Source of the DNA: Felis catus
Taxonomy: Eukaryota
NCBI RefSeq assembly: GCF_018350175.1
Contig: NC_058368.1
Span: forward strand, 92,568,001-92,632,000
Length of the DNA stretch: 64,000 nucleotides
Direction: 5' to 3'
In this document: one piece after another, positions 11,946 through 24,936 of the stretch
How positions within the stretch are numbered: the stretch's first letter is position 1
How the letters are laid out: each line of letters starts with the position of its first letter
The notes under the pieces: generated by a model
Seen by the model: the letters and a program-made list of their open reading frames with translations, nothing else
Database searches by the model: none
What the model was told of the DNA's origin: nothing
Program-made: the position numbers and the translations under genes

Positions 11946-13067
11946 TCCCAGGACTGAAACCGTCTGTCCTGAGTCTTCTGTGTTCTGCTTTTTTTCCCCC
12001 TTTTTTTCTATATATCCCTGCTGTTCTCATGTGGTTTCCTGCGGTAGATAGCAGCAGTAGCTCTGGGTCTGTTTCTAACTTTCTTGGCATATGAGCTCTT
12101 GCTTAGTGATCTTGGAAATGAGGCTTTGTTTCCCTCTAATGGGCTCTGGAAAATGTCTGCCATATCTGTTAACCCAGGAACAGCATTGCTCTCTCACCTG
12201 GAGGCTTACACATCTCAGGATGTATGAGACATAGGGAGAGCTCATCTGGGAACTGTTCTGCCCTGGAGACAAGGAAGCTGGGCTGTGTCTACCAACCCAA
12301 TCCATCGAGGGATGTTCTCACTTCTTCTCTAGCATTTCTAGTTGGCCCCTTCTATAGTCTGAGCACATTCCCCCTGATAAGAAAGCCCTTGGTCTGAGAG
12401 CCACGGGTACTTATTGTAAAATGCTGTTTGTTGGCTCAGATGGGAAGGCTGGGCACCAAAACAACCACTGTGGTACATTACTGCCACCATCTTGCGTCTA
12501 GACTCTAGAGAGCCTGGTGGAATCCTGGGGTTTTGAAGAAAAACCATAGCTGTAGTTGGGTAGCGGTGTTCTTCCCCCATAACTTGGAACACCCTGGAAA
12601 GGACTGGAGTTTGGGCTGTCTCTAAGCTGCAACAGTTGGTGTTAAAAGTAAAGTCTGGTTTTTCTTAGTGTAAATACCTTATAATTGAGCACCACAAGCT
12701 CTAAGGAAATGATCTCTTCCCTTTGCTGAGGCTGAGTTATTTATAATCGTCAGCTTTCTGAGAGACTCTCATTTGTCTTCCCTTGTTAGAGATAAAGTTC
12801 TTGCTCAGTTGCCAATATCTCTGATTTACATTAAAAAAAAAAAAACAAAAAGCACACCATCCTGACTCCTGAGAGAATCAGCCTCATTGCCATTCTCATG
12901 ACCAGGAAGAGTCCCTGTAGCCAGAGCTGCTGTACAGAGAAGTAGAACATTGATGGCTATCAGAAATGATGAACTGAGTTCCCCCTTGGGTGTTAGTGAG
13001 TGAGATATTAGCACCATTTTGTGAGCAAATAACTTAGTGATAAAGCTCTAGCCATTAGTATCCAGTT

Positions 13068-13270
13068 GAGGGCAGTGTGCATAGTGGAAAAGACTTTGGA
13101 CTGCCAGACGAGTGGGATTCAAGATTCCACTTGGCCATTTATTAGTTCTGTGATATTAGATATATATTTTAACCTCTCCGAGCATCAGGTTCTGCTTATG
13201 TACAATGCAGGTTAACCTAATGCACAGGGCCATTTTGAGAATCAAATGCAATGAAGATAAGCAATGCTGA
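13068..13270 (+). mobile_element. MIR relic
   Basis: gcagtgtgcatagtggaaaaga head; aacctctccgagcatcaggttctgcttatgtacaatg core. Confidence 0.75.
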
Positions 13271-14235
13271 TATCAAAGAAGATATTATAGGTACAATAAT
13301 TTTAAAACTCTCTTCTTACAGGGAATAGATTTTACTTGTTCAGGGAGTTTGTTGGTCATTGGTTTTTGTCCCTTCCCAGGAAACTCTAGAATGTGTTCAA
13401 TTAATGCCAGGATTGAGTGTATTATAGTCATCTTAGGGCTTGCCATAGCCAAATTCATATTATGAATGTTCACTGGTTTTTCAGGACTTCAAGGGAAAAA
13501 ATTCTCTGGTATCTTTCACTGAAGCCTCCTCTATTCTTTGTAGAGTTACCACATGGAACTAATACGGTGTTTTTTCCCCAAGTATGATGTTATTAGATAG
13601 AAAATACAGGTGACAGGAAATCCTTATCAAACCCTCAAGACTTGGAAAGGAGGGCTTCAGAAGGCCCTTTGCCTGCAGGTTAAGTAAGAAATACTTTCTC
13701 AGCCTGCCAGGCAGGTGAAACAGGTGGCCGAGTGAACTCAGTCCATTCTGCGAATGAGTGGGAGTAGTGGTGTGAGAAAATACAAAGGAGTCAGAAAAGT
13801 CAGGACTTCAATAGGAGGGCTGTTGGCTCTGGGAGCATCAGTGGTGGTGTGATGTTAACCTAGGTCAAATTCTGCTATAACTATGACCAAGAGATTCAAA
13901 AAGAACATGGTACATGGGACAGGAAGCTCATCGATCCTTTGATATATATTTAAGGACAATAAAAATCAGGAGTAGTGGGCTGGATTGGATAGAGAAGTCA
14001 TTTGTGTACGAGGTGGGTCTTGTGCCATGTCTTGAAGATGGTAGGGGTTGAAAAGGCCAAGGAGAGAGATGAGGAATTTAGGGGCAAGAGGAAAAATGCA
14101 CCAGAACTATAGACGTATGTATGAGCATAATGTAAAGACAAAGGGAAGAACAGCCTTGGCAGAAGTTAAGGATATTTGTTTGGGGTGATGGGAAATTAGG
14201 TTGGTATTGCTGGAGGTGTTGTGAAATTAGATAGG

Positions 14236-14905
14236 TGTTGCAGGTGACTTCTCTGGATCACAGACTCTGAGACAGAGAGATGCATATAAGGCATTTATAG
14301 GGATGTGTTCTGGGAATCAACATCTGTTGGAAAGGGAAGATAGCAGGACTGGACAGAGAAGGAAGCTGGACAATGGTGTAGGGTAATCCAATCCCTACAG
14401 AGAATTCTAGAGCTAGGATGGCCCTGCAGAGTTGCTACAGACCTGTATATTCCCACCTGAGTTTTTATTATCTGGCTTGCCCCCAGGGAGAGGGTATGAT
14501 CTTGGGCAAGGTGTCTCTCTTCAGCCAAGGGCAATGAGTGAGGTGTGGAGTGAGTCAGGGACCCAGATGCCAGCTGTCAGCCTTCCATGGTCCCAGCAGT
14601 GGGGGAATAAATTCTTGAAACTTTAAGTGTTTGGTAGAAATCAGGTGGTACATGGGGCGCTTGTGTGGCTCAGTCAGTTGAGCATCCGACTTCGGCTCAG
14701 GTCATGATCTCAAGGTTCGTGGGTTCGAGCCCCACGTCAGGCTCTCTGCTGCCAGCTCAGAGCCTGGAGCCTGCCTTGGATTCTGTGTCTTCCTCTCTCT
14801 CTGCCCCTCCCCTGCTCACGCTTTCTCTCTCTCTGTCTCTCTCTCAAAAATAAATAAACATGAAAAAAATTTTAAAAAATCAGGTGGTACACCACAGTGT
14901 CCACT
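14236..14905 (-). mobile_element. LTR16-like ERVL solo LTR, interrupted by a SINE
   Basis: cagactctgagacagaga...tttatagggatgtgttctgggaatcaacatctgt...ctagagctaggatggccctgcagagttg. Confidence 0.65.
14654..14878 (+). mobile_element. Can-SINE
   Basis: TSD aaatcaggtggtac. Confidence 0.95.
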
Positions 14906-14959
14906 CTAGATGGATAATTAGTGTAGCTCCAGATGATAAAGAGCCCGAAGACAAGGCTG

Positions 14960-15412
14960 ATACTATGGTGAGGGAACCAAGACATTTACCTCAGGTACAA
15001 AATTAAAGGGGACTCCAGAAACAACTCACAAGTAAAGATAAATGATGTTTTAATGCAATACTTAAGAAATCCCAAATCTGGGGGCTCCTGGGTGGCTCTG
15101 TTGTTTAAGTGTCCAATGTAGGCTCTGGACATGATCTCACTCTTTGTGGGTTCAAGTCCTGAGTCTGGCTCTGTGCTGACAGCTCAGAGCCTGGAGCCTG
15201 TTTTTGATTCTGTGTCTCCTTCTCTTTCTGCCCTTCCCCTGCTGTCTCGCTCTCACTCTCTCTCAAAAATAAACATTAAAAAAAATTAAAAAACCCCAAA
15301 TCTGTGTGAAAAATCCATAATGAGCAAAATACCAAATTTAAAATAAAGACAGGATCAGTGTTACTGATTTTTCCTTTTGCCCCAGGCTCCAATGTGTCTT
15401 GGTGGAATAGTG
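14960..15412 (+). mobile_element. MER96B-like hAT MITE, interrupted by a SINE
   Basis: aaattaaagggg...aaataaagacaggatcagtgttactgatttttccttttgccccaggctccaat matches recalled MER96B. Confidence 0.75.
15080..15292 (+). mobile_element. Can-SINE
   Basis: TSD cccaaatctg. Confidence 0.95.
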
Positions 15413-15774
15413 CCTAAGGAGTATGATTTATCCTGTAGGAAATGGGAAATCCTTGGGAGTTTCCCTCTTCTCATTTACCTATAAAAGCAGCATTATTATA
15501 ACATTAAATTTGTTTTCCTTGAGTTCCTTACTCAAAATCTGACGTATAGGACTCTTGTTTGCAAGAGACAGAGAAACTAAGCAACTCAAATTTGCTTACC
15601 CAATGACCACAGGGCATTTGTTGCCCTCCCAAGAATTTAGGATTCAGGCATGGTTTTATCTAGTGGCTCAAATGATACCTTACGCCTCAGTTTCTCTTCC
15701 TCTCTGGGACTGTTTTCACTTAAATGTAAGTATTAATTTAACACTAAGTAAGTATTAATTCCATTCTTCCACTG

Positions 15775-15969
15775 ACAAGAGAGAGAGAGAGCATGCTTGT
15801 GCAGGTGTGAGAACAAGCAGGGAAAGGGCAGAGAGAGAGGGAGAGAGAATCCCAAGCAGGATCCACACTGTCAGGGCAGTGCAGGGCTCGAGCTCAGAAA
15901 CTGTGGGATCATGACCTGAACTGAAATCAAGAGTCAGACGCTTCACTGACTGAGCCACCCAGACACCCC
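15775..15969 (-). mobile_element. Can-SINE with A-tail lost
   Basis: Head and body present; no poly-T. Confidence 0.85.
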
Positions 15970-16039
15970 CAGGAGTCCCTACTTATGAAGTTTAATTCCA
16001 ATTATGTTATGGTGGTTGTCTCTATTTTGAAAGGGACAG

Positions 16040-16683
16040 TTTTTTTTCTTTCTTTTTTTTTAAGATTATTTTTATTATTTTATTTTAATTTTTTAACAAT
16101 CATTTAATTATTTATTTGTGAATTTACATCCAAGTTAGTCAGCATATAGTGCAATAATGATTTCAGGAGTAGATTCCAGTGGTTCACCCCCTACATATAA
16201 CACCCAGTGCTCATCCCAACAAGTATCTTCCTTAATGCCCCTGATCCATTTAGCCCACCCCCCCATAACCCCTCCAGCAAACAACCCTGTTTGTTCTCTA
16301 TATCCTCTATATTATTATCTATATCCCTCAGTTTATATAGCCTCTCATAAGAGTCTCTTATGTTTTGTCCCCCTCCCTGTATTTATATTATTTTTGCTTC
16401 CCTTCACCTCTGTTCATCTGTTTTGTCTCTTAAAGTCCTCATATGAGTGAAGTCATATGATATTTGTCTTTCTCTGACTAATTTCACTTAGCATCATACT
16501 CTCCAGTTCCACCCATGTAGTTGCAAATGGCAAGATTTCATTCTTTTTGATTGCCGAGTAATACTCCATTGTATATATATACTATATCTTCTTTATCCAT
16601 TCATCCATCGATGGGCATCTGGGCTCTTTCCATACTTTGGCTATTGTGGATAATGCTGCTATACACATTGAGATGCATATGCC
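16040..16683 (-). mobile_element. Carnivore L1 3' end (5'-truncated)
   Basis: acacccagtgctcatcccaacaag 3'UTR and ORF2 tail; TSD tgaaagg(g/c)acagtttttt. Confidence 0.9.
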
Positions 16684-17059
16684 TGAAAGGCACAGTTTTT
16701 TTCTTAGCACATTTTTTAATTGGTTTCGCTGATAGATATTGATTTTAATACATTGATCTGACCAGCAACTTTGTTAAGCTCTTATGATATATTGCAATGG
16801 GTTGTTCTCCAATCTTCCTGGATGTTTCTAACCCTATAGACCCCTCCAGATAAGCTCTCACAGTCTCTTGTCCTTCCTGAAGGCAAACACTTTCATTGTT
16901 GCCTGGTCTAGCTGGGGACGAGGGGGAAATGTGTGGGATGGCTTCTCACCCAGATGACCCTGATGCATGGTGCAGCAGACTAAAAATTCTGTCACTTGCC
17001 CTCAGCAACTTGTACCTTGTATTTACCATCTCTGGAGATGGAGCGCTCTTCGTATCAAC

Positions 17060-17316
17060 TTTTTTTTTTTTTTTTTTTGAGAGAGAGGGTGCAAGTGATT
17101 CAGGGGCAGAGAGAGAGAGGGATAGGGAGAGAGAGAGAGAATTCCACGAGGGGCAGAAGAGGGAAAGGGAGAGAGATGAGAGAAGCGGGACTCACCTGAG
17201 GCTTGTATTCACCCAAAGTGGGACTTGAGCTCACCTGATGTGGGACTTGAACTCACAGACCGTGAGATCATGACCTGAGCCAAAGTCAGATGCTTAACTG
17301 AGCCACCCAGGCACCC
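17060..17316 (-). mobile_element. Variant Can-SINE with internal gtgggacttga repeats
   Basis: Normal head, but body replaced by tandem gtgggacttgagctcac-like units; TSD caacttttt. Confidence 0.85.
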
Positions 17317-17705
17317 TGTTCCAACTTTTTCAGTGGTATCTCCTGAATAGGTTTTGGACTGTGATGAAAATGTTCACATTGATCTCATCAATGGTCTTGT
17401 GTCCTCCCATCCCCGCTTCCAATTTCTCATCTATCAAGGTTCTACTTCTTTTTTGTGAGCACAGTAATGTATACGGATATATAGAAAAATATGAAGGAGT
17501 GAGACAGGAGGAAATATTGAAATAGAAGCCTATTTTTGTTTCCCCAAATGGATAGTCAGTTGTTCCATAGCCCTTTATTAAATCCTGCATCTTTCCCCAA
17601 TGTTTTGAGATTCTTTCTTTATAAAGTGAATTTTCAAATCTTACTGGAATTTTGATTGAATTTTTGTATGTGTAGATTAATGCAGGTAGAATTCATATAT
17701 TTTAA

Positions 17706-17911
17706 TTTTTTTAATGTTTATTCTTGAGAGAGAGAGAGAGAGAGAGTGAACAGGGGAGGGGCAGAGAGAGACACACACACAGAATCCAAGGCAGGTTCCA
17801 GGCTCTGAGCTGTTAGCACAGAGCCTGATGCAGGCTTTAACTCACAAACCACGAGATCGTGACCTGAGACAAAGTCAGACATGTAACTGACTGAGCCACC
17901 CAGGTACCTCC
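17706..17911 (-). mobile_element. Can-SINE
   Basis: TSD gaattc(a/t)tatattttaat. Confidence 0.95.
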
Positions 17912-18108
17912 GAATTCTTATATTTTAATGTGGCCTTTCTAGCTCTGGGTATGATCTATCTAACCATGTATTCATGCCTTCTCTTACAGCCTTTAGTAAA
18001 TTCTTAACATCTTTCTCCATAAAATTTCTGGACATTTCTTCTGTGGATTTATCCTTAGCTGCTTTATTATTTGTGTTGCAATGCAAATGGGATCTTTTAA
18101 AACAAACA

Positions 18109-18295
18109 TTTTTAAAATGTTTATTTATTTTTATTTTTTTGGGGGGAGGGGCAGAGAGAGAGACACACAGAACCTGAAGAGGCTCCAGACTCTGAGCTGT
18201 AGGCACGGAGCCTGATGTGGGGCTCGAACTCACAAACCACGAGATCATGACCTGAGCTGAAGTCAGATACTTACCGACTGAGCCACTCAGGCACC
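18109..18295 (-). mobile_element. Can-SINE
   Basis: TSD aaacatttttaa. Confidence 0.93.
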
Positions 18296-18937
18296 TATAA
18301 AAAACATTTTTAACCAATTATTGCTGTAATATAGGAGAGTCATTATTTCTCCCCATTCTCTTTTTTTTTTATTGTTCATTTTGGATATTTTTATTAAACC
18401 ATGTTTTCAGTTCACTGACCCTTCTGTTAGATCCAATCTGCCATTAAACCTATCTATTGGATCCTTGATTTCAGTATTACAGCTTTCAGTTCTAGAATGT
18501 CCATTTGATTCTGCTAGCTCTGTTCTCTGGGGTCCAGAATTATCAGTGAGTTTTCTTGTTTTGGCTATTTTTTTCTTTTGGTATTTGTCACATGGATCCT
18601 GTGCCTTGGCATGTCTACTAGTTTCTTATCAAATGTGGGATGCTATATATTAAAAACAAAAAAAGTCAGAGACACCAGATGATGCTATTTTCCATCAGAG
18701 GAGGTTTACCTTTTCCTCTACTGAGGAATAAGAGTATGGACATGATTCCCTGAATTCAGCCAGAGATTAAATAAGACTCACATTTGAGCTGTAGCTTAGG
18801 TAAGACCCAGTCTACCTGGCTTTCCCCTGTTTCAGGGTTGTGGCTTTTCGTGGCTTTCATTTAAGAGTGTGACAGTTACTTGTCTTATGACTGAGCAACT
18901 GGGGTTTTTTATTCTGCTTTTTAGAAGTTACAGACTT

Positions 18938-19146
18938 GGGGCGCCTGGGTGGCTCAGTCGGTTAAGAGGTCCGACTTTGGCTCAAGTCATGAACTCATGG
19001 TTTGTGGGTTCGAGCCGTGCATCAGGCTCTGTGCTGACAGCTCAGAACCCAGAGCCTGCTTTGGATTCTGTGTCTCCCTCTCTCTCTGTCCCTCCCCCGC
19101 TCATGATCTGTCTCTCAAAAAATGTATAAATGTTAAAAAAAAATTT
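18938..19146 (+). mobile_element. Can-SINE
   Basis: Head, CT tract, A-tail; degenerate TSD agaa.tt..agactt. Confidence 0.95.
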
Positions 19147-19771
19147 AGAAATTGTAGACTTAATTTTTAATCTTTTCTATCCCACAAACTCTAGACTTTG
19201 GCAGTGATTCTAGGGGAGACCAGCAGTGAGTTTGCAATGTCTCCAATCTCCACATTTGCCACTCTAGCCCCACATAACTGCCAAAGCTCTTCTGTGTTTT
19301 CTGTTCATCTACTGGGGCCTAAGTCTGTATACTAAGTCTCTACATTGGCCCAGATTGTCATCTTCTCCCTAATAAAACAAAACAAAACAAAAACCAAAAA
19401 AACAAAACAAAACAAAAAAACCCCAAATAGTTGCAGCTTATCAGAGTGAATTATTTAGTCTCTCTAGGAATTTTAATTTTGTAGGGCTCTTCTTGGCAGG
19501 TGTTTTTTTCTCTTAAGCACCAAGGAAATGTGTAACATTCCAGTTTGCCTTCAGAGATTGCCTTCTTAGCCCTTTAGCCTCCAGCCCTGCACAGCTTTGG
19601 AATTCAACAAATGTTGAAGGAAAACCGTCCGTGTGTTTGAAGCCCCTCAAGTGTACAAGTTTGTCTCGACTTCTCAGCATGACCACCGAAAGCTCATTGG
19701 CGTCTCTGTCCCCCATCTGTGGCCCCTCTGCCTGGGACGGGGCCTGATTTTCAGGCTGTAACTACATTGGG

Positions 19772-20210
19772 AGGGACACCTGGGTGGCTCAGTTGATTGA
19801 GCATCTAACTCTTTTCTTTTTTTAAATTGTTTTTAATGTTTATTTATTTTTGAGAGAGAGAGAGAGACAGAGTGCAAGCAGGAGAGGGACAGAGAAAGGG
19901 AGACACAGAATCCGAAGCAGGTTCTAGGCTCTGAGCTGTCAGCACAGAGCCTGATGCGGGGCTGGAACTCACAAACTGCAAGATCATGACCTGAGCCGAA
20001 GTCGGATGCTTAAATGACTGAGCCACGCAGGGGCCCTGCATTCGATTCTTGATTCGGGCTCAGGTCATGATTTCAGGGTTGTGGGACAGAGCCCCTTGTT
20101 GGGCTCCACACTGAGTGTGGAGCCTATTTAAGATCCTCTCTTTCTCTCCTTTCCCCCTCTCCTGTTTGCTCTCTCTCCCCGTCTAAAATTAAAAAAAAAA
20201 AAAAAATTAA
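19772..20210 (+). mobile_element. Older Can-SINE split by a nested SINE
   Basis: Head at 19772-19812, remainder at 20038-20210; outer TSD taac(t/c)acattg. Confidence 0.88.
19813..20037 (-). mobile_element. Nested SINEC_Fc-like element
   Basis: Complete antisense SINE; degenerate TSD gcatctaactctt/gcattcgattctt. Confidence 0.93.
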
Positions 20211-20754
20211 CAAAAAAGACACTAACCACATTGAGATTCAGCCTGAAAGGTTCATGTCTCAAAGGTTCTCTTCTCTCTAGAATTTTAGCCCCTCTGGTTC
20301 TCACTGCTTCCAAAGCTCTGGATTTTCTAGTTGTTCTTAGTATGAATGTTCAACTACTTAGCATATCTTAGTAGTAGCAGAAATGCTAGGCCATTTATTT
20401 TTATAAGTTGACCTTGATTTCAGCACAGTGTTTTCTTTCCTGTGCCATCACCATCCCTCCCTCCAGGGTTTCCCAGAATTGCTGATATCTTAGGTCTGAT
20501 GGGGAAACCAGACTACAGGAATAAGGTTAGGTTGTGAAGTTGACAGCTGTCCCTGAATGGGGGCATTTCCATGGTTGAGGCTCGGCCATTAGAATTGACT
20601 TCCAACAGGAGAGGAACTATTGGTCTTTTTATACACTTTCCAACTTGTGAACTCTCAGTGCTAATCCATTTAGTGATTATCTGGTACATGTCTTTAAGTT
20701 TTAAGGGCATTTGGGTGGTATATTTTCTGAGCCCTTATGCATGTCAATTAAAAA

Positions 20755-21560
20755 AAAAACTTATTGAAGAGTAATTAACATACAGTATCCTGTTAGTTTC
20801 AGGTGTGCATCACCATGATTCGATACGTTTGTATTTTATGAAATGATCCCCATGATAACTAGTCATCATACAAAGTTATTACAATATTGACTATATTCCC
20901 TATGCTTTACATGACATCCCTGTGACATTTATTTTATAACTGGAGGTTTGTACCTCTTAATTCCCTTTACTTATTTTGCCCAGCTCTTGACCACTCCCCC
21001 CTCTGGCAACCACCAGTTTCTTCTCTGTATCTATGAGTCTGTTGCTGTTTTGTTTTGTTTGTTTGTTTGTTCTGTTTTATATATTACACATATAAGTGAA
21101 CTCATGCTGTATTTGTCTTTCTTTGACTTATTTCACTTCACACGGTATCTTCTAAGTCCATCCATATCGTGATAAGTGACAAGATTTCATTCTTGTTTTT
21201 AATAGCTGAGTAATATTCTGTTGCATATATATATATATATATATATATATGAATAACATATCATATATATGAATGATAAAGAAAACATGATATGTATATC
21301 TCACATATGATATATGACATATATATCACATCACATATGGTATATATCATATCACATATGGCACATATCATATCATGTATGTTATATGATACATATATCA
21401 CATCTTCATTTGGATTTCACATCTCCTTTGGAAAAATGTCAGTTCATCTCCTCCACCCTTTTTTAAGTCAAATTATTTGTTTTTTTGGTGTTGAGTGGTA
21501 TAAGTTCCTGATATGTTTTGGATATTAAGCCCTTATCACACATATAATTTGCAAATTATC
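20755..21560 (-). mobile_element. L1 3' end (L1MA/carnivore-type) containing an AT-rich tandem repeat
   Basis: ttagtttcaggtgtgcatc..., ctctggcaaccaccagtt..., ctttggaaaaatgtc. Confidence 0.85.
21226..21400. repeat. (TA)n plus degenerate ~21-23-nt atatatcatatcacatatg tandem repeat
   Basis: Directly visible repeated units. Confidence 0.85.
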
Positions 21561-22304
21561 TTCTAATGCATTCTGCTTTCACCAAGCCTTCTGTCCTGAC
21601 TACTTTCTTCCTCTATACTTTATTTCTAGTTTTTTTCTTGTTTGCCTGGATTTCATTATGGACTATTTTTTTTTTCCAAAAAGTTTTTGTGGGTGTTACT
21701 GTTTCTTGATGTTTCTTGATGTGTCTTCCTGTTGCTTTTATACTTGAATTAAAACTTGTCTGAGTATGATATTCTTCTTGGCCCTGTAGACATGTCTCCT
21801 AATCTTTTGGCATTGATCATTGCTTTGGGGGAAACTGAGGCTGGTGTGCCTTCTCACTCTGGTGGACAAATTTATCTCTGCATTTGGTTGCCAAAAAATT
21901 ATTTTTTTTATCATTAAAGTTTATTTCCCAGATATATTGGTATTGACCTATTTAATTAAACAGATAAGCTGTTTTTATCTGTAGGGTCAGTTCTTCCTTC
22001 ATTTCAGAGAAGACTTAAAGATGTCAGAATACTTTGGGCATCACTTTTGTGTCCTTGACTTCAGAGACCTTGATTATCTTTGTGTTAAAATGTGTTTGTC
22101 TTCTACATCCCTCATTTCTTCTATAATTGCTATACTTTTTTTCTTTTGTAGTCATTGTAACCTTCTCAACATCATTAATTTGCTTCTCAGCTCTATTCAT
22201 TTCATTTTTTGCTATCTGAAATTAATTTTTACCTGGGAAGTAAATGGCAGTAGTTCATGTCTTAGTTATCAAGTTATCAATTTGTTGTCTTATTCCTAAT
22301 CTTC

Positions 22305-22531
22305 TTTTATTTATCTATTAAAATTCTTTTTTAATGTTTATTTTCAAGAGAGAGACAGACAGAGCATGAGCAGGGGAGGGGGAGAGAGAGAGGAAGACAC
22401 AGAATCCAAAGCAGGCTCCAGGCTCTGAGCTGTCAGCACAGAACCCGATGTGGGGCTTGAACTCATGAACCGTGAGATCATGACCTGAGCCAAAGTCAGA
22501 TGCTCAACCTACTGAGTCACCCAGGCACCCC
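22305..22531 (-). mobile_element. Can-SINE
   Basis: TSD ctaatct(t/c)ctttta. Confidence 0.95.
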
Positions 22532-22714
22532 TCTAATCTCCTTTTAAATGTCATTCTTGACTTGATAATCTTGTCCTTGAGCTCTTATTCATTGAACGAA
22601 AGGCAAAAGTATGCGAGGCATGTTCTCTTGTTTGGGTTACGCTTGCTTCAGTTTCAGGCTATTTCTCTCTCTTTGGTATGTTCTTTCTCTTACTTTATTT
22701 TACATTTGCTCAAG

Positions 22715-23030
22715 TATATGTTTCAGGGTCCTGGCTGGAAATGGATGATAGATGCAAACTGGGATAATTGAGGAAGTTTAATAGGGAAATTGTTCACAAA
22801 GCTATAGGCTGGAGTTAGGGATGCCCACGCCAACAAAAGCTAGTACCCTTTGGCCAGCAACAGCAGGGAGACATTCTCACCCTCAGGGCTGAAGAGGCAA
22901 AAAGAGGATGCGGTTCTTGGAGCCCAGAGAAGAGAGTTACAGAAGAGTCCACCCAGTAGAAACTGTAGTCTTCTATAAAGAGACAACCTTGTCCATGGTC
23001 ATAGGAGGTCATATGAGAGAGGTGGGAATG
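22715..23030 (-). mobile_element. LTR41-like ERVL LTR fragment
   Basis: tcagggtcctggctggaaatggatg...caaactgggataattgaggaagtttaatagggaa matches recalled LTR41 terminus. Confidence 0.6.
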
Positions 23031-23394
23031 AATTACCTTAAACTTAATTTCTCCTTTCCTATAATCTTTTGCAGGTGGCTTCCAGAGGGAAGCCAAAAGG
23101 GGTTTGTGCATAAAGAAAATTCAACCTTCCAGGACATAGAGAATGCAGGCGGCGGGTGGAGACAGGGTGGCGAGAAGGGCCAGTGGGAGACATCCAGCAC
23201 AGAAAACTTGCAGGAATGCCATGCCTCTGCTCTTCCTGTGGCTCGTGTTTGAGTGACTCTCTCCAGATCTTCTTTATACTCTGATGCAACCTGGGTTGAT
23301 TCTCCTTGGCACCCATCATACCTAATTGGAGTCTGTTTTCTCCCTTCCTCCCAAATGATATTTTGAGAGGGAGGTGTTAGTTCCATTTTGCTGT

Positions 23395-23599
23395 TTTCTT
23401 TTTAACGTTTATTTATTTTTGAGAGAGACAGAGAATGTGAGCATGAGTGGGGGAGGGGCAGAGAGAGAGGGGGACAGAGGATCCAAAGCGGCTCCACGCT
23501 GACAGCAGAGAGCCTGATGTGGGGCTTAAACTCACAAACCATGGGATCATGACCTGAGGTGAAGTTCGATGCTTAACCGACTGAGCCACCCAGGCTTCC
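23395..23599 (-). mobile_element. Can-SINE
   Basis: Full antisense SINE. Confidence 0.95.
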
Positions 23600-24710
23600 T
23601 CCTCTCCCCTCCCCCACATCTTGCTTCTCTGATACTGAGGGCTCTGGGAATGAATATGGGGATATGGGGATGGGTAGGGGATGGGTAGGATTGAGATACA
23701 TGATCTGGATTTTGCTCCTTGTCCTCTGATTTCTATCAAACCTCCTATTTCAATGCTGTTTCTACCAACAAAGGAATATTTCTGTTCCCAGGCTTTGACT
23801 CACTTCCCCAAGACTTTTTTTCCACATCTAAGATTTAAAATTCTATAACAATACTTCTACTTTTCCTTTCTTTAGTGAGAATTTTATACTTCATCTGGTG
23901 AAATTTTCCTTTCTTTATACTCTTTTACAATGCATGGAGCTCCTTTTTTATCCCAACTTAATATCTTTGTGACTTAGCCTGTTGTATTTGCAATTTGCCT
24001 TTTACTTCTTGTGATTTTCTTTATATAGACAGTGGTTTCTTGGGTCCTTTAGGGACACATGTTTCTCAAAATAACTGTCTATTTCTTGGGATAAGTCATT
24101 TCACTCACCCACTATTACTCTGAATCTTTAGGAGAATGTTTCTCTCCCTTTCTGCATATATTCTCATAGGTCCAAAGCTTTTTTCTTACTTTTATTCAAA
24201 TAAGGCAGGAGAGATCTAGACTCTATCTTTGTCAAAAGACTAGATGTGTGGAATTCTCTTGGCTTTACTCATTGTCGACTTGAGTACTGGTCAAATCCCC
24301 TTGTCAAATCTCCTGCTTAGAGGAGAAATTGATGTGGACAGCCTCCAGCCAAATTCCTAATTTTGAGTGGGCATTTGTGTAATACAGCCTGACTGCACTG
24401 GGGTGGGGGCCTCCCTTGCTCCCAATTCTTGGCTGTCTGACGCTCTTAACAGATGCAATCCATGCGAAGCTATAATTACAGGGCCAACAACTGCCAGGGA
24501 TTTTTCTGCCAGGGAATTTCCATGCTTCCAACTGGAGCACCTCATTGTAGGGTCTACACATCCTAGATTACACTGGCTCACTGTCAGCGCATGCCTTCCT
24601 AGCCCCAAGTTAGGTTGGATGATTTGGCTCTAAAGGGCTGTAGAGAAACAACTGAGGGGCCGTGATCTGCTTCCTTGAGGAATACAATTAAGAACCGACA
24701 GACCATATTT

Positions 24711-24936
24711 GTTTATTTATTTATTTTAATTTTTTAATGTTTATTTATTTTTGAGAGCAAGAGAGCCGGAGCACGAGCGGGGGAAGGGCAGAGAGAGAGA
24801 GGCAGACACAGAATCTGAAGCAGGCTCCAGGCTCTGCGCTGTCAGCACAGAGTCCGATGTGGGGCTTGAACCCATAAACCGTGAGATCATGACCTGAGCC
24901 GAAGTCAGACAACCGACTGAGCCCCCCAGGCGCCCC
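24711..24936 (-). mobile_element. Can-SINE
   Basis: Perfect TSD cgacagaccatattt. Confidence 0.95.
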
